DNA of 37,058 nt from a bacterium. Its GTDB lineage: Bacteria > Sysuimicrobiota > Sysuimicrobiia > Sysuimicrobiales > Kaftiobacteriaceae. Positions 1 through 8,825 of the stretch are shown here, piece after piece. The stretch lies in assembly GCA_044868695.1 (NCBI GenBank), contig JBIOWP010000029.1, positions 1 to 37,058 on the forward strand. The letters are read 5' to 3'. Position 1 is the first letter of the stretch. Every line of letters begins with the position of its first letter. The position numbers and the translations under genes were made by a program. The notes beneath the pieces are model-generated. The model saw nothing but the letters and a program-made list of their open reading frames with translations, made no database searches and had not been told where the DNA came from.

Positions 1-966
1 CTGGTGCGGATGCGGCCGGTGGGTCCGGTGGTCCGGGAGACCGTGCTGACGATCGACCTGCGGGCGGTGCACGAGCGCGTCCGGCCGCTGATCTCCTCGG
101 TGCTCACGGGCGAGGCCGCGGCAGAGCTGCAGGCTGCGCCGATGGGGCTCCCAATCGCGGCGTTCGACTGGGCGGGTCCGGTGCTCGATGCGCTCACCCG
201 CCGTGCGCTTGAGGCGGTGCTGCCCGGATTCACGGCCTCCGCCCGCCTGCAGCCGGGCGAGGTGACCCGGCTGGACCTCACTATCGCGCCCAGGGATTCC
301 CGGATCATCAGGAACATCGGTGTCCGCTTCCGGTCGGGTTCGATTCCGACCATTCTCCTCGAACAGCACGGTCCCCAGGTCGCGTCGATGGGGGACCCGC
401 TGCGGGGGCTGCCGGTGGCGTTTGCCGAGGCGCATCGGCGGTCGCTTGAGCGTCTGCTCGACACTGATCTCGCCGCCTATCCCCCGGCGGCGCAGTACGG
501 GATCGTCGCTACCGCGCGCTTGAGCGTCGCCGAAACGACGTACGTGGACGTGACCGCGGAATCGCTGGTGTACCGGGCGCGCGTGGAGGCGCACCTCAAC
601 ATCGGGCCGCAGGCGCCGGAACACGCGCTCCTCGCGCACCTGGGCCGCCTCATGACGCCGCAGACCGAAACGTTTATTGAGATACGGATCGTGCCGCAGC
701 CCCTTGCCCTGACCGCCGACCTGGGGGTGCGCTACGCGGTGTCCCCGTCGGCCGCGGTGGGGGCCACGTATGCGCCGGCGATGCAGGCCACGACCCTGTG
801 GACGGCGGTGCAGGTCAGCCCCGACCTCGGGCTGCGCGGCGGATGGACGCTGCCCACCCAGGTGTTCGAAGGCGCCGTCACGTATCGCATCAACGAGTTT
901 CTGGCGTGGGAGCTGATCGGCACCACCCGCGGCGATGCCTGGGTGCGTCTGGTGAGCAACCTGTGA
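1..966 (+). CDS. Hypothetical envelope protein, 5'-truncated, with a beta-strand-rich C-terminal part; precedes the skp/lpx cluster
   Basis: The frame is open from base 1 to TGA at 964-966 with GC-rich host-like codon usage. The C-terminal third has alternating hydrophobic beta-strand patterns. No family recognised. Confidence 0.65.
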   Translation: MVRMRPVGPVVRETVLTIDLRAVHERVRPLISSVLTGEAAAELQAAPMGLPIAAFDWAGPVLDALTRRALEAVLPGFTASARLQPGEVTRLDLTIAPRDSRIIRNIGVRFRSGSIPTILLEQHGPQVASMGDPLRGLPVAFAEAHRRSLERLLDTDLAAYPPAAQYGIVATARLSVAETTYVDVTAESLVYRARVEAHLNIGPQAPEHALLAHLGRLMTPQTETFIEIRIVPQPLALTADLGVRYAVSPSAAVGATYAPAMQATTLWTAVQVSPDLGLRGGWTLPTQVFEGAVTYRINEFLAWELIGTTRGDAWVRLVSNL

Positions 967-968
967 CA

Positions 969-1047
969 CAAGGAAAAAGGAAGAGGGAAGAGGGAAGAGG
1001 GAAATACCATGGGGCCTTCTTCCCTCTTCCGTCTTCCCTTGTCCTTG
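969..1047. repeat. Heptamer (GGAAGAG/CTCTTCC) inverted-repeat hairpin, 'empty' copy
   Basis: Left arm 969-1001 CAAGGAAAAAGGAAGAGGGAAGAGGGAAGAGGG; right arm 1015-1047 CCTTCTTCCCTCTTCCGTCTTCCCTTGTCCTTG; 29/33 complementary with a 13-nt loop. It ends 3 nt before the SD (AAGGAGG, 1051-1057). Confidence 0.9.
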
Positions 1048-1063
1048 ACCAAGGAGGTTCATA

Positions 1064-1525
1064 ATGCAGATCCGGGGGAGATCCATCCCGAATGTGTGGC
1101 TGGCCGGAAGCGCGGGTGTCCTGCTGCTCGTGATTATCGCCCTTGTCGCGTGGCAGGGCGGGTCCGTGCTGGGCCAGTCGTTTACGGTCGGTTACGTGGA
1201 CATGCAGCGTGCACTCGACAACCATCCCCGGAAGGCCTCATCCGAGCGGGCCCTGCAGGAGTTCTTCCAGGCGAAGCAGCGCGAATTCCAGCAGCGCGCC
1301 AAGAGCCTGACCCCTGTACAGCGTCAGGAGCTGGACCGGCAGCTGCAGCAGGAATTCATCCAGAAGCGTGAGGAGCTGCTCAGCGGGCTGGACAAGGACA
1401 TCCGCGTGGCCGTGGAGACGGTGAGCCGGGACCGCGGGGTCGGGATTGTGCTCGATCGCACGGTGGTGCTCTACGGCGGGATCGATCTGACCGACGCGGT
1501 GATCGCGCAGCTGGCCGCCAAGTAG
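1064..1525 (+). CDS. skp: OmpH/Skp family periplasmic chaperone
   Basis: SD AAGGAGG; N-terminal hydrophobic segment; motifs VGYVDMQRAL and VLDRTVVLYGGIDLTDAVIAQL flank a coiled coil. Confidence 0.88.
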   Translation: MQIRGRSIPNVWLAGSAGVLLLVIIALVAWQGGSVLGQSFTVGYVDMQRALDNHPRKASSERALQEFFQAKQREFQQRAKSLTPVQRQELDRQLQQEFIQKREELLSGLDKDIRVAVETVSRDRGVGIVLDRTVVLYGGIDLTDAVIAQLAAK

Positions 1526-1527
1526 AC

Positions 1528-2652
1528 GTGTCAGGGAAGAAGCGGCCGGGCGTCCCCCGGCCGCGCCGCACAATAGTCTGGGTCGTCGGCGCCCTCGCGC
1601 TGGCCACGGGGCTGGCCGGGTGCCAGCGGCGTCAGGCCGCCCCGGTGCCGGAGACTCGCATTGGCGTCGTGGACCTGCAGGCGGTGACCCGCGCCCATCC
1701 CCGCTGGTCGGAGCTCGACGCCGTTGTGCGGCAGATCAACGATGTTCAGGCCCAGCTGGCGTCTCTGCCGCCACTCCCCGCCGTGCTCGACCCCGATGTC
1801 CAGCGGCTGCTTGACGCGGAGGCGCAGCGGCTGCGCGCCGACGTGGAAAAGGAGCTGGAGTTTCTCCGGCAGGATGGGCGGAGACGGCTCGAAGCATTCG
1901 CCGACGAGCTGCGCGCCGAGCAAGAAGCGCGCCTGGCCCAGACCCGCCAGGACCTCGATGCGCAGGGCTCGCGGGAGATCGGGTCGACGCGCGACGCGCT
2001 GCGGGCGCAGCTGCGCGCCGCCGAGCAGGAGATCCGGGACGAGTACCGCTATCCGCTCCTCAACCTCCGCCTCCGCGCCGAGGTCGCCGGTCTCACGTCG
2101 GAAGATGAGGCCAAGCAGCTGAGCCAGCAGGCGCAGGCCCTGCAGGACGAGCGCGAACGCCGCATCCAGGCCAAGACGGAGGAACTCCAGCGCTCGTTTG
2201 CTGAGTTTCAGCGGGGCAAGGAGGCGGAGATCAACGCGAAACTGAAGGCGGCGCAGGAGGCGCTCCAGGCGGAGGCCGAGCAGCGCCTGGCGAGCCGGGA
2301 GCGGGAAACGCAGGCGGAGTTCGCCCGGGCGGCCGCCGAGATGGAAAAGACGTTTCGTGCCCGCCTGGAACGCCGGCGGATCCAGATGATGGAGACGGCG
2401 CAGGCCAAGTTGCTCGGACAGCAGGCGTCGAACCCGGAGAGCGGCGTGCAGCGGAGCCGGCGCCTGCGGGCCGAACTCGCTGCGCTGAACGAACAGCGTC
2501 TGCGGCTGGAAGACAGTATCCTCGCGGAGGTCAAGATCGAGATCGCCGCGCTGGCGCAGGAGCACCGGCTCGACGTGGTGTTGACGCGATACGTGGCCAA
2601 TCTCACCGGGATCGACATCACGGCGGACGTCGTGCACAAGTTGAAGCGATGA
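1528..2652 (+). CDS. Elongated OmpH/Skp-like lipoprotein with a long coiled-coil insertion
   Basis: Lipobox LAGC; Skp-like ends (IGVVDLQAV ... LDVVL...GIDITADVVHKL) separated by about 250 aa of heptad-rich Glu/Gln/Arg/Ala/Leu sequence. Confidence 0.75.
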   Translation: MSGKKRPGVPRPRRTIVWVVGALALATGLAGCQRRQAAPVPETRIGVVDLQAVTRAHPRWSELDAVVRQINDVQAQLASLPPLPAVLDPDVQRLLDAEAQRLRADVEKELEFLRQDGRRRLEAFADELRAEQEARLAQTRQDLDAQGSREIGSTRDALRAQLRAAEQEIRDEYRYPLLNLRLRAEVAGLTSEDEAKQLSQQAQALQDERERRIQAKTEELQRSFAEFQRGKEAEINAKLKAAQEALQAEAEQRLASRERETQAEFARAAAEMEKTFRARLERRRIQMMETAQAKLLGQQASNPESGVQRSRRLRAELAALNEQRLRLEDSILAEVKIEIAALAQEHRLDVVLTRYVANLTGIDITADVVHKLKR

Positions 2653-3047
2653 GACCGGGATTCGTGCTCGTGATCGCCCTGGCCGCGCTGGCGGCCACCG
2701 GGTGTGCTCCCAGGATTGGCGTCGTGGACTCGAAGCGCATCCTCAACGAGAGCGTCCTGGCGCTGTCCTACCAGAAACAACTCGACGACCGTGAGAAAGC
2801 GATGCTGACGGATCTCCAGCTGCTCAGCGGCCAGCTGAGCCGGGAGGATCTCGAAGCCCGCCGGCAGACGCACGTGCGCGAGCTGACGGCGTTCCGGAGA
2901 GACCTGGAGGGCAGGCTGAATGACCGGATCCGTGAGGCGGTCGCTGAGGTGGCGCGCCGGCGCCGGTTGCAGTTCGTGATCAAGAAGGAAGCGGCCAAAC
3001 TCGGCGGCGTCGACATCACCGATCAGGTGATCGAGAGGCTCAAGTAA
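2649..3047 (+). CDS. Short OmpH/Skp-like lipoprotein
   Basis: ATGA overlap with the previous gene; lipobox-like ATGC; IGVVDSKRIL and GGVDITDQVIERL motifs. Confidence 0.8.
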   Translation: MRPGFVLVIALAALAATGCAPRIGVVDSKRILNESVLALSYQKQLDDREKAMLTDLQLLSGQLSREDLEARRQTHVRELTAFRRDLEGRLNDRIREAVAEVARRRRLQFVIKKEAAKLGGVDITDQVIERLK

Positions 3048-4060
3048 TGAAACTGCGCGAGCTGGCCGAGGCGATCGGCGCGAGCGTTGCCGGAAACGGC
3101 GAGGTCGAGGTTTTAGAGGTCGCCGAAGTCGAACGCGCCGGTCCCGGGTCGCTGGTAATGGTGCGGACAGCGCGCCATCTCCCGCAGGCCGAGGCGAGCG
3201 GCGCGACCGCGCTGCTGCTGTCAGACGACCTTCCGCCGGGCATCAAGCCGGCCCTCCGGGCGCGCGATGTCCGGGTTGCGTTCGCGCGGGCCATCAGTCT
3301 GATGCATCCCGCCTCGCCCGCAACGCCGGGGATCCACCCCACGGCCGTCATCGGGAACCAGGCGCGCGTGGGCAAGACGGTCTCCGTTGGACCATACGCG
3401 GTGCTCGGCGACGGCTGCACGCTGGGCGAAGGTGTCGTGGTCATGGCCGGCTGTGTGCTGGGGCGCCAGGTGACGGTCGGCGACGGCAGCGTGCTCTATC
3501 CGCGCGTGGTGGTGTACGATCGCACCACGATCGGTCGCGGCGTGATCGTGCACGGTGGGGCGGTGCTCGGCAGCGACGGGTTTGGTTTTGCGGCCGACCA
3601 GGGACGCCACCTCAAGATCCCGCACATCGGCCGGGTCGTCATCGAGGATGACGTCGAGATTGGGGCCAACACCACGGTGGACCGGGCCACGCTGGGGGAG
3701 ACCCGGATCGGCGCCGGCACGAAGATCGACAACCTCGTCCAGATTGCTCATAACGTGCAGGTGGGGCGGGCCGCCGTCATCGTCGGGCAGACTGGGATCG
3801 CAGGGAGCGTCGTCATCGGCGATGGAGCCGTGCTGGCAGGCCAGGTGGGCGTGAGAGACCACGTCCGGATCGGGACGAGAGCCATGGTGCTGGCCCGTTC
3901 TGTCGTCACGAAAGACGTGCCGGACGGCGCCGTCGTCTCTGGCGACCCGGCTCGTCCCCACAGCGAGGTCCTCAAGCAACAGGCCGCCGTGCAGCGTTTG
4001 CCCGATTTGGTCGATCGCCTGGCGTCCCCACCACGCGGTCGCAAGACGCACCGCCGTTGA
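3047..4060 (+). CDS. lpxD: UDP-3-O-(3-hydroxyacyl)glucosamine N-acyltransferase LpxD
   Basis: Hexapeptide repeats; motifs GSDGFGF, GRVVIEDDVEIGANTTVDR and KIDNLVQIAHNV. Confidence 0.95.
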   Translation: MKLRELAEAIGASVAGNGEVEVLEVAEVERAGPGSLVMVRTARHLPQAEASGATALLLSDDLPPGIKPALRARDVRVAFARAISLMHPASPATPGIHPTAVIGNQARVGKTVSVGPYAVLGDGCTLGEGVVVMAGCVLGRQVTVGDGSVLYPRVVVYDRTTIGRGVIVHGGAVLGSDGFGFAADQGRHLKIPHIGRVVIEDDVEIGANTTVDRATLGETRIGAGTKIDNLVQIAHNVQVGRAAVIVGQTGIAGSVVIGDGAVLAGQVGVRDHVRIGTRAMVLARSVVTKDVPDGAVVSGDPARPHSEVLKQQAAVQRLPDLVDRLASPPRGRKTHRR

Positions 4061-4887
4061 CTCGCCACCCGGAGCGCACGATCCGCACCCCCGCCAGGCT
4101 CAGCGGGATCGGCATCCACACCGGGCATCCCTCCTCGGTCGTCTGCCTGCCGGCCGGTCCCGGCGCGGGAGTCACGTTTGTCCGGACCGACCTGCCCGGC
4201 GCTCCCGTCATCAGGGCGACACTGCGCACTGTGAGCGAGATGCGTCGCGGGATCTCGCTGGGCCGCGATCCTGCTGTCCGCACCGTCGAGCACCTCCTGG
4301 CAGCCGCGTCTGGTCTCGGCATCGCCAACCTGCGGGTCGAGGTGCACGGCGAGGAACTCCCGATTCTGGACGGCAGCGCCGCGCCGTATGTGGCCGCGCT
4401 GCAGGAGGCCGGCATCGTGGAACAGGACGACCGCCTCCAGAGCCTGGTGCCGGGCGCACCCCTGTGGGTGGCGCGTGATCCCGCATGGATCCTGGCCGTG
4501 CCCTCCGATCACTTCCGCGCGACGTACATCGTCCCGCTGCGCCAGACCCGGCTGCCGACCCTGGTCGCCGACTTCGACACGCGCCGCCAGCGGTTTGCCG
4601 ACGACATTGCCCCGGCGCGGACGTGGGGATTTGTCCATGAACTGGACGCGCTGCGGCGCGCGGGGCTCGCGCGCGGTGCCTCCGCGGACAACGCGCTGGG
4701 GATCGGCCCCGAGGGGTACACGGCGGATCCGCGATTCGCCGACGAGCCCGCGCGCCACAAGGTGCTGGATCTCATCGGCGATCTCGCGCTGCTGGCCCGC
4801 CCCCTGGACGCGCACGTCATCGCGTGCGGCGCAGGGCACACGCTGCACCTGGAACTGGCGCGCCGCGTCGCGCAGGAGCTCCGGTAG
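4057..4887 (+). CDS. lpxC: UDP-3-O-acyl-GlcNAc deacetylase LpxC
   Basis: Motifs GIGIHTG, TVEHLLAA, ELPILDGSA, IAPARTWGF and HKVLDLIGDL; TTG start overlaps the lpxD stop. Confidence 0.95.
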   Translation: MTRHPERTIRTPARLSGIGIHTGHPSSVVCLPAGPGAGVTFVRTDLPGAPVIRATLRTVSEMRRGISLGRDPAVRTVEHLLAAASGLGIANLRVEVHGEELPILDGSAAPYVAALQEAGIVEQDDRLQSLVPGAPLWVARDPAWILAVPSDHFRATYIVPLRQTRLPTLVADFDTRRQRFADDIAPARTWGFVHELDALRRAGLARGASADNALGIGPEGYTADPRFADEPARHKVLDLIGDLALLARPLDAHVIACGAGHTLHLELARRVAQELR

Positions 4888-4895
4888 GGCCGCTT

Positions 4896-4927
4896 GCAGG
4901 TTGGGGAGTTGACGAGGTGAAACGTTG
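4896..4927. repeat. Degenerate octamer tandem repeat at the lpxC-fabZ junction
   Basis: GCAGGTTG GGGAGTTG ACGAGGTG AAACGTTG, period 8. Resembles the repeat at 13136-13184. Confidence 0.45.
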
Positions 4928-4954
4928 AATGGTCAAAGTGCGCGAGGTGCGCTG

Positions 4955-5386
4955 ATGCAGTTAGGCCGTGAAGACATCGAACGGGTCATTCCCCACCGGC
5001 CGCCGTTCCTCTTCGTGGACCGGATCATCGAGCTCTCAGAGAACCGCATCGTCGGAGAGAAGGACGTGACGGGGGACGAGTGGTTCTTCGCCGGGCATTT
5101 CCCGGGTGAGCCGATCATGCCGGGTGTGCTGATCGTGGAAGCCATCGCCCAGACCGGCGCCTGTCTGGCCCTGCGGGCGCCCGAGTTTGCCGGACGGATC
5201 CCATACTTCGCCGGCATCGAGCGGATGCGTTTTCGCCGGCCGGTGATGCCGGGCGAGCGGCTGGTGATGGAGGCGTCGGTCAAATGGGTGCGCGGCCGGA
5301 TCGGCCGGGTGGAGGGGCGCGCCACGGTCGGCGGTGAGCTGGTGGCCGAAGGTGAGTTCACCTTTGCGGTGGCCGATGTCCGGTGA
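4955..5386 (+). CDS. fabZ: 3-hydroxyacyl-ACP dehydratase FabZ
   Basis: Motifs IPHRPPFLFVDRI, FAGHFPGEPIMPGVLIVEAIAQ and FRRPVMPG; ATG at 4955 follows GAGGTG. Confidence 0.96.
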   Translation: MQLGREDIERVIPHRPPFLFVDRIIELSENRIVGEKDVTGDEWFFAGHFPGEPIMPGVLIVEAIAQTGACLALRAPEFAGRIPYFAGIERMRFRRPVMPGERLVMEASVKWVRGRIGRVEGRATVGGELVAEGEFTFAVADVR

Positions 5387-6185
5387 GGTGACGATTCACC
5401 CGACGGCGCTGGTCCATTCCAGCGCCCAGCTGGGCCGAGGCGTCACGGTGGGACCCTACGCGATCATCGAAGCCGGCGTCCGCGTGGGCGACGGGTCGTC
5501 GATCGGTCCCCACAACGTGATCAAATCGGGAGTCACCATCGGGCCGGAGAACCATTTCAGCGCGGGCGTTGTCCTCGGGGAGGACCCCCAGCACAGGCGG
5601 TTTGCGGGCGAGGAGAGTTTCGTGCGACTCGGCAAAGGCAACATCCTCCGGGAGTACGTGACCGTCAACCGGGCGTACGGCGAGGGTGAGGCCACCGAGA
5701 TTGGCGACGACAACTTCCTGATGTCTTACGTGCACATCGGCCACAACTGCCATATCGGGAATCTTGTGATCATCACCAGCGGCGCCGAGCTGGCCGGACA
5801 CGTACTGGTGGACCACCAGGCCAACATCAGCGGGCATGTCGGCGTACACCAGTTTGTCCGGATCGGCCGCCTGGTCATGGTCGGCGGCGGATCTGTCGTC
5901 CGCAAAGACGTGCCGCCGTTCGTGCTGGCGTTTGGGCTCCCGGCGCGAGCGCACGGGCTGAACTCGGTCGGGCTGACCCGCGCGGGCGTGCCGCCGGTCA
6001 ACCGCACCATGATCAAGCGCGCCTTCATGCTCCTCTACCGCTCCCGGCTGGCCGTGTCGACGGCCGTGTCGCGCATCGAGTCCGAGCTGGCCGACGATCC
6101 GTTCGTGCGGGAGATGGTCGAGTTCATCCGGGGCAGTCAGGATCGCGGCATCATCCGCTGGGCGAAGGACAGCGATGGGGAATGA
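5376..6185 (+). CDS. lpxA: Acyl-ACP--UDP-GlcNAc O-acyltransferase LpxA
   Basis: IHPTALV start, hexapeptide repeats, REYVTVNR, HIGHNC, VHQFVRIG, DVPPF and GLNSVGL. ATG 5376 is preferred over the ORF-track start. Confidence 0.95.
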   Translation: MSGEVTIHPTALVHSSAQLGRGVTVGPYAIIEAGVRVGDGSSIGPHNVIKSGVTIGPENHFSAGVVLGEDPQHRRFAGEESFVRLGKGNILREYVTVNRAYGEGEATEIGDDNFLMSYVHIGHNCHIGNLVIITSGAELAGHVLVDHQANISGHVGVHQFVRIGRLVMVGGGSVVRKDVPPFVLAFGLPARAHGLNSVGLTRAGVPPVNRTMIKRAFMLLYRSRLAVSTAVSRIESELADDPFVREMVEFIRGSQDRGIIRWAKDSDGE

Positions 6186-7029
6186 TCTGCGTACCGAGGC
6201 GATCGGGCTCATCGCCGGCGGGGGCAGCCTGCCGCTGGTCCTGGCGAAGGCCGTAAAATCCCGCGGCCACCCGCTCGTCTGCCTGGCCCTTGAAGGCGCG
6301 GACCCGGTGCTGGACGGTCTGGCGGATCATGCCTACCACATCCGCTTTGGGCAGATGGAGGATGGCATCGCCGCGCTGAGGCGGCACGGAGCCACCCGCG
6401 TCCTGATGGTCGGGCGCGTGTCGCGGACAGACCTGCTGGAGCGCGGCGACCCGCTGTTCCGCCGCGTGCTTGCCGAGGCTCCCGACCGTCGCGATCAGAC
6501 CGTGTTCCGGCAGGCCGTCGCCCGGATGCGCGATCTCGGCATCCACGTGCTCAACCCCCTCGAATTCGCGCCTGATCTCGCCGTGGCCCCCGGCGTGCAC
6601 ACGCGCCGCGCGCCCAGCGATGAGGAGTGGGCCGACATCCGGCTCGGCATGCTGGTCGCGCGGGCGGCCGCCGCGCTCGACGTGGGACAGACCGTCGTGC
6701 TGAAGCGCGGGGTGATCCTCGCGGTCGAAGCCGCCGAAGGCACGGACGCGGCGATCCGGCGTGGCGCTGCGATGGCGGGAGGCGCCGTCGTCGTGAAGGC
6801 CGCGCGTCCGGCGCAGGATCCGCGTTTTGACCTGCCGGCCATCGGCGTCCAGACGATCACGCTGCTGGCGGAGGTCGGCGCCACTGCCCTGGCCGTCGAG
6901 GCCGGAAAGACCCTGCTGCTGGAGCGGCCCGAGGCGCTCGCCGGCGCGGATCGGGCCGGCATTGCCGTGGTGGGAGTCGAACTCGGGGAGTCGGGGGTCG
7001 GGAGTCAGGGGTCGACTCCAGTTCCGTAG
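6175..7029 (+). CDS. lpxI: UDP-2,3-diacylglucosamine pyrophosphatase LpxI
   Basis: Motifs IGLIAGGGSLP, DVGQTVV, AVEAAEGTDAAIRR and QDPRFDLPAIG; lies between lpxA and lpxB. Confidence 0.93.
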   Translation: MGNDLRTEAIGLIAGGGSLPLVLAKAVKSRGHPLVCLALEGADPVLDGLADHAYHIRFGQMEDGIAALRRHGATRVLMVGRVSRTDLLERGDPLFRRVLAEAPDRRDQTVFRQAVARMRDLGIHVLNPLEFAPDLAVAPGVHTRRAPSDEEWADIRLGMLVARAAAALDVGQTVVLKRGVILAVEAAEGTDAAIRRGAAMAGGAVVVKAARPAQDPRFDLPAIGVQTITLLAEVGATALAVEAGKTLLLERPEALAGADRAGIAVVGVELGESGVGSQGSTPVP

Positions 7030-7070
7030 GGGAGACGGCGTGCGCACGGACCGACCCCCGACCCCCGGCC
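6986..7070. repeat. Heptamer inverted-repeat pair (GGGRGTC / GACCCCC) spanning the lpxI stop and lpxB start
   Basis: GGGAGTC GGGGGTC GGGAGTC AGGGGTC at 6986-7013; CCGACCCCCGACCCCCGGCC at 7051-7070. Confidence 0.8.
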
Positions 7071-8233
7071 TTCCATCACGCACGGTGTTCATCATCGCCG
7101 GTGAAGTAAGCGGAGATATGGCCGCCGCATCTCTGGCCGCCGAAGTGCTCCGCCTGGATGCCTCCGTGGTCCTGCTTGGGGTCGGCGGGCCGCGGATGGC
7201 CGCCGCCGGGGTGACCCTATTGGCGGAGAGTTCGACCTGGAGCGCCATCGGCCACCTGGACCCGCTGCTGCGTCTGCGGACCCACCTGCGCCGCCTGGGT
7301 GCCGTCGAGGATCTCATCCGGCGGTCGGCGCCGGCCCTGCTGGTGCTGGTGGACTTCGCGGCATTCAACCTCCGCCTGGCCGAACGGCTGCGCCGCGCCG
7401 TGCCGATCGTGTATTACTTCCCACCGATGGTCTCGGTGCGCCGCGGCAACCGCGCCGCGAAGGTTGCCAGGCTGGGGATGCGGCTGCTGGTAACCCTGCG
7501 TCCGGAGGCTGAGGCGTATCGCGCCGCCGGGGCCGACGCGGTCTTCATCGGGCATCCGGCCGTCGATACGGTCCGCCCTACAATGGGAACCGCGCAGGCT
7601 CGCCTTCGTTTCCAGTTGCCCGCCGGGGTCCCCGTGGTCGGCGTGATGCCCGGGAGCCGCGCACAGGAAATCCGGGCGCACCTACCGGTGATGCTGCGGG
7701 CGCTGCACCGGCTGCGCGCCGCATGGCCTGACCTGCGCGCCGTTCTGCCGGTTCCTTCCGAAGACCTCGCGCGCCAGGTGACGGCGCCGGTGGCTGCGTC
7801 GGGATTGCCGGTCCGCATAATCCCGGAGATCTACGACGCGATGGCGGTTGCGGACGTGCTGATTGTCGCCACCGGTACCGCAACACTTGAAGCGGCCGCG
7901 CTGGGCATCCCGATGGTCGCCGTGTACCGGCTGCCCTGGCTGAGCTGGGTTATTGCGAAGCGGCTCGTCAGCGCGCGCTATGCCGCCCTGCCGAACATCC
8001 TGGCCGGACGCGAGATCGTTCCCGAGCTGCTGCAGCACCGCATGACGCCGGACGCGATCGCGGATGCAGTCACCGCGTTGCTGCGAGATTCGCAACGGCG
8101 GGCGGCGGTGCGCGAGGAGCTCACCCAGGTGGCCGGCGGATTGGGGCCGCCCGGTGCCGCCGTGCGCGCCGCGCGGGAAGTGATCGAGGCGCTCTCCCGG
8201 ACGGCGATTGTCGCTGCGCGGGGCCAGGGGTAA
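7040..8233 (+). CDS. lpxB: Lipid-A-disaccharide synthase LpxB
   Basis: Motifs IIAGEVSGD, GVGGPRM, FIGHP, MPGSRAQEI, GTATLEAA and LPNILAGREIVPELLQ; GTG 7040 follows GGAG. Confidence 0.92.
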   Translation: MRTDRPPTPGLPSRTVFIIAGEVSGDMAAASLAAEVLRLDASVVLLGVGGPRMAAAGVTLLAESSTWSAIGHLDPLLRLRTHLRRLGAVEDLIRRSAPALLVLVDFAAFNLRLAERLRRAVPIVYYFPPMVSVRRGNRAAKVARLGMRLLVTLRPEAEAYRAAGADAVFIGHPAVDTVRPTMGTAQARLRFQLPAGVPVVGVMPGSRAQEIRAHLPVMLRALHRLRAAWPDLRAVLPVPSEDLARQVTAPVAASGLPVRIIPEIYDAMAVADVLIVATGTATLEAAALGIPMVAVYRLPWLSWVIAKRLVSARYAALPNILAGREIVPELLQHRMTPDAIADAVTALLRDSQRRAAVREELTQVAGGLGPPGAAVRAAREVIEALSRTAIVAARGQG

Positions 8234-8234
8234 G

Positions 8235-8825
8235 ATGGACATGGTGATGGCCCGACGCTGGCGGGTGTGGGCGGGCATCGCGGTGGTCGTCGTCGCCGGT
8301 GGAGCCGTGTGGTGGAAGACGATGGCGCCTATCGCCGTCGAGCCGCCCGCCGTGCGCACGCCCGCGGCCGCGCCGTCCGACTCCACACCGCCCTCCCCGC
8401 CGCTGCTGGAGATTCAGGGGACGCGCCTTGCGGGGACCGACGAGGCGGGCCGCCGGCAGTGGGACCTGCAGGCAAGATCGCTCGAGGTCGATCGCGCGCG
8501 CAATGTGATCATGCTGGTGGAGCCCGCCGGCTGGCTGTACAGGGGCGACACCCGCCAGATCCACCTGGCGGCGCCGCGCGCCGTCTATACCGTGGAGTCC
8601 AAACAGATCCAGCTCTCCGGCGGCGTGACCGGGACCGCGCAGGACGGCAGAACGTTTCACGCCGACCGGGTGGAGTGGGACGGCCGGCTGGGGCGTCTGG
8701 TCGCCGACGGCCGAGTGACGGTGACGCAGCAGGGGATGACGATGCGGGCGGATCACCTGGAAACCGATGCCGGGCTGGAGCGGATCACGCTGGAAGGCCA
8801 TGTGGCGATCAGCGTTCAGGAGTAG
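8235..8825 (+). CDS. lptC: LPS export periplasmic protein LptC
   Basis: Single N-terminal TM helix followed by beta-jellyroll-type strands (GRRQWDLQA, IQLSGGV, ADRVEWD); precedes lptA/lptB. Confidence 0.75.
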   Translation: MDMVMARRWRVWAGIAVVVVAGGAVWWKTMAPIAVEPPAVRTPAAAPSDSTPPSPPLLEIQGTRLAGTDEAGRRQWDLQARSLEVDRARNVIMLVEPAGWLYRGDTRQIHLAAPRAVYTVESKQIQLSGGVTGTAQDGRTFHADRVEWDGRLGRLVADGRVTVTQQGMTMRADHLETDAGLERITLEGHVAISVQE

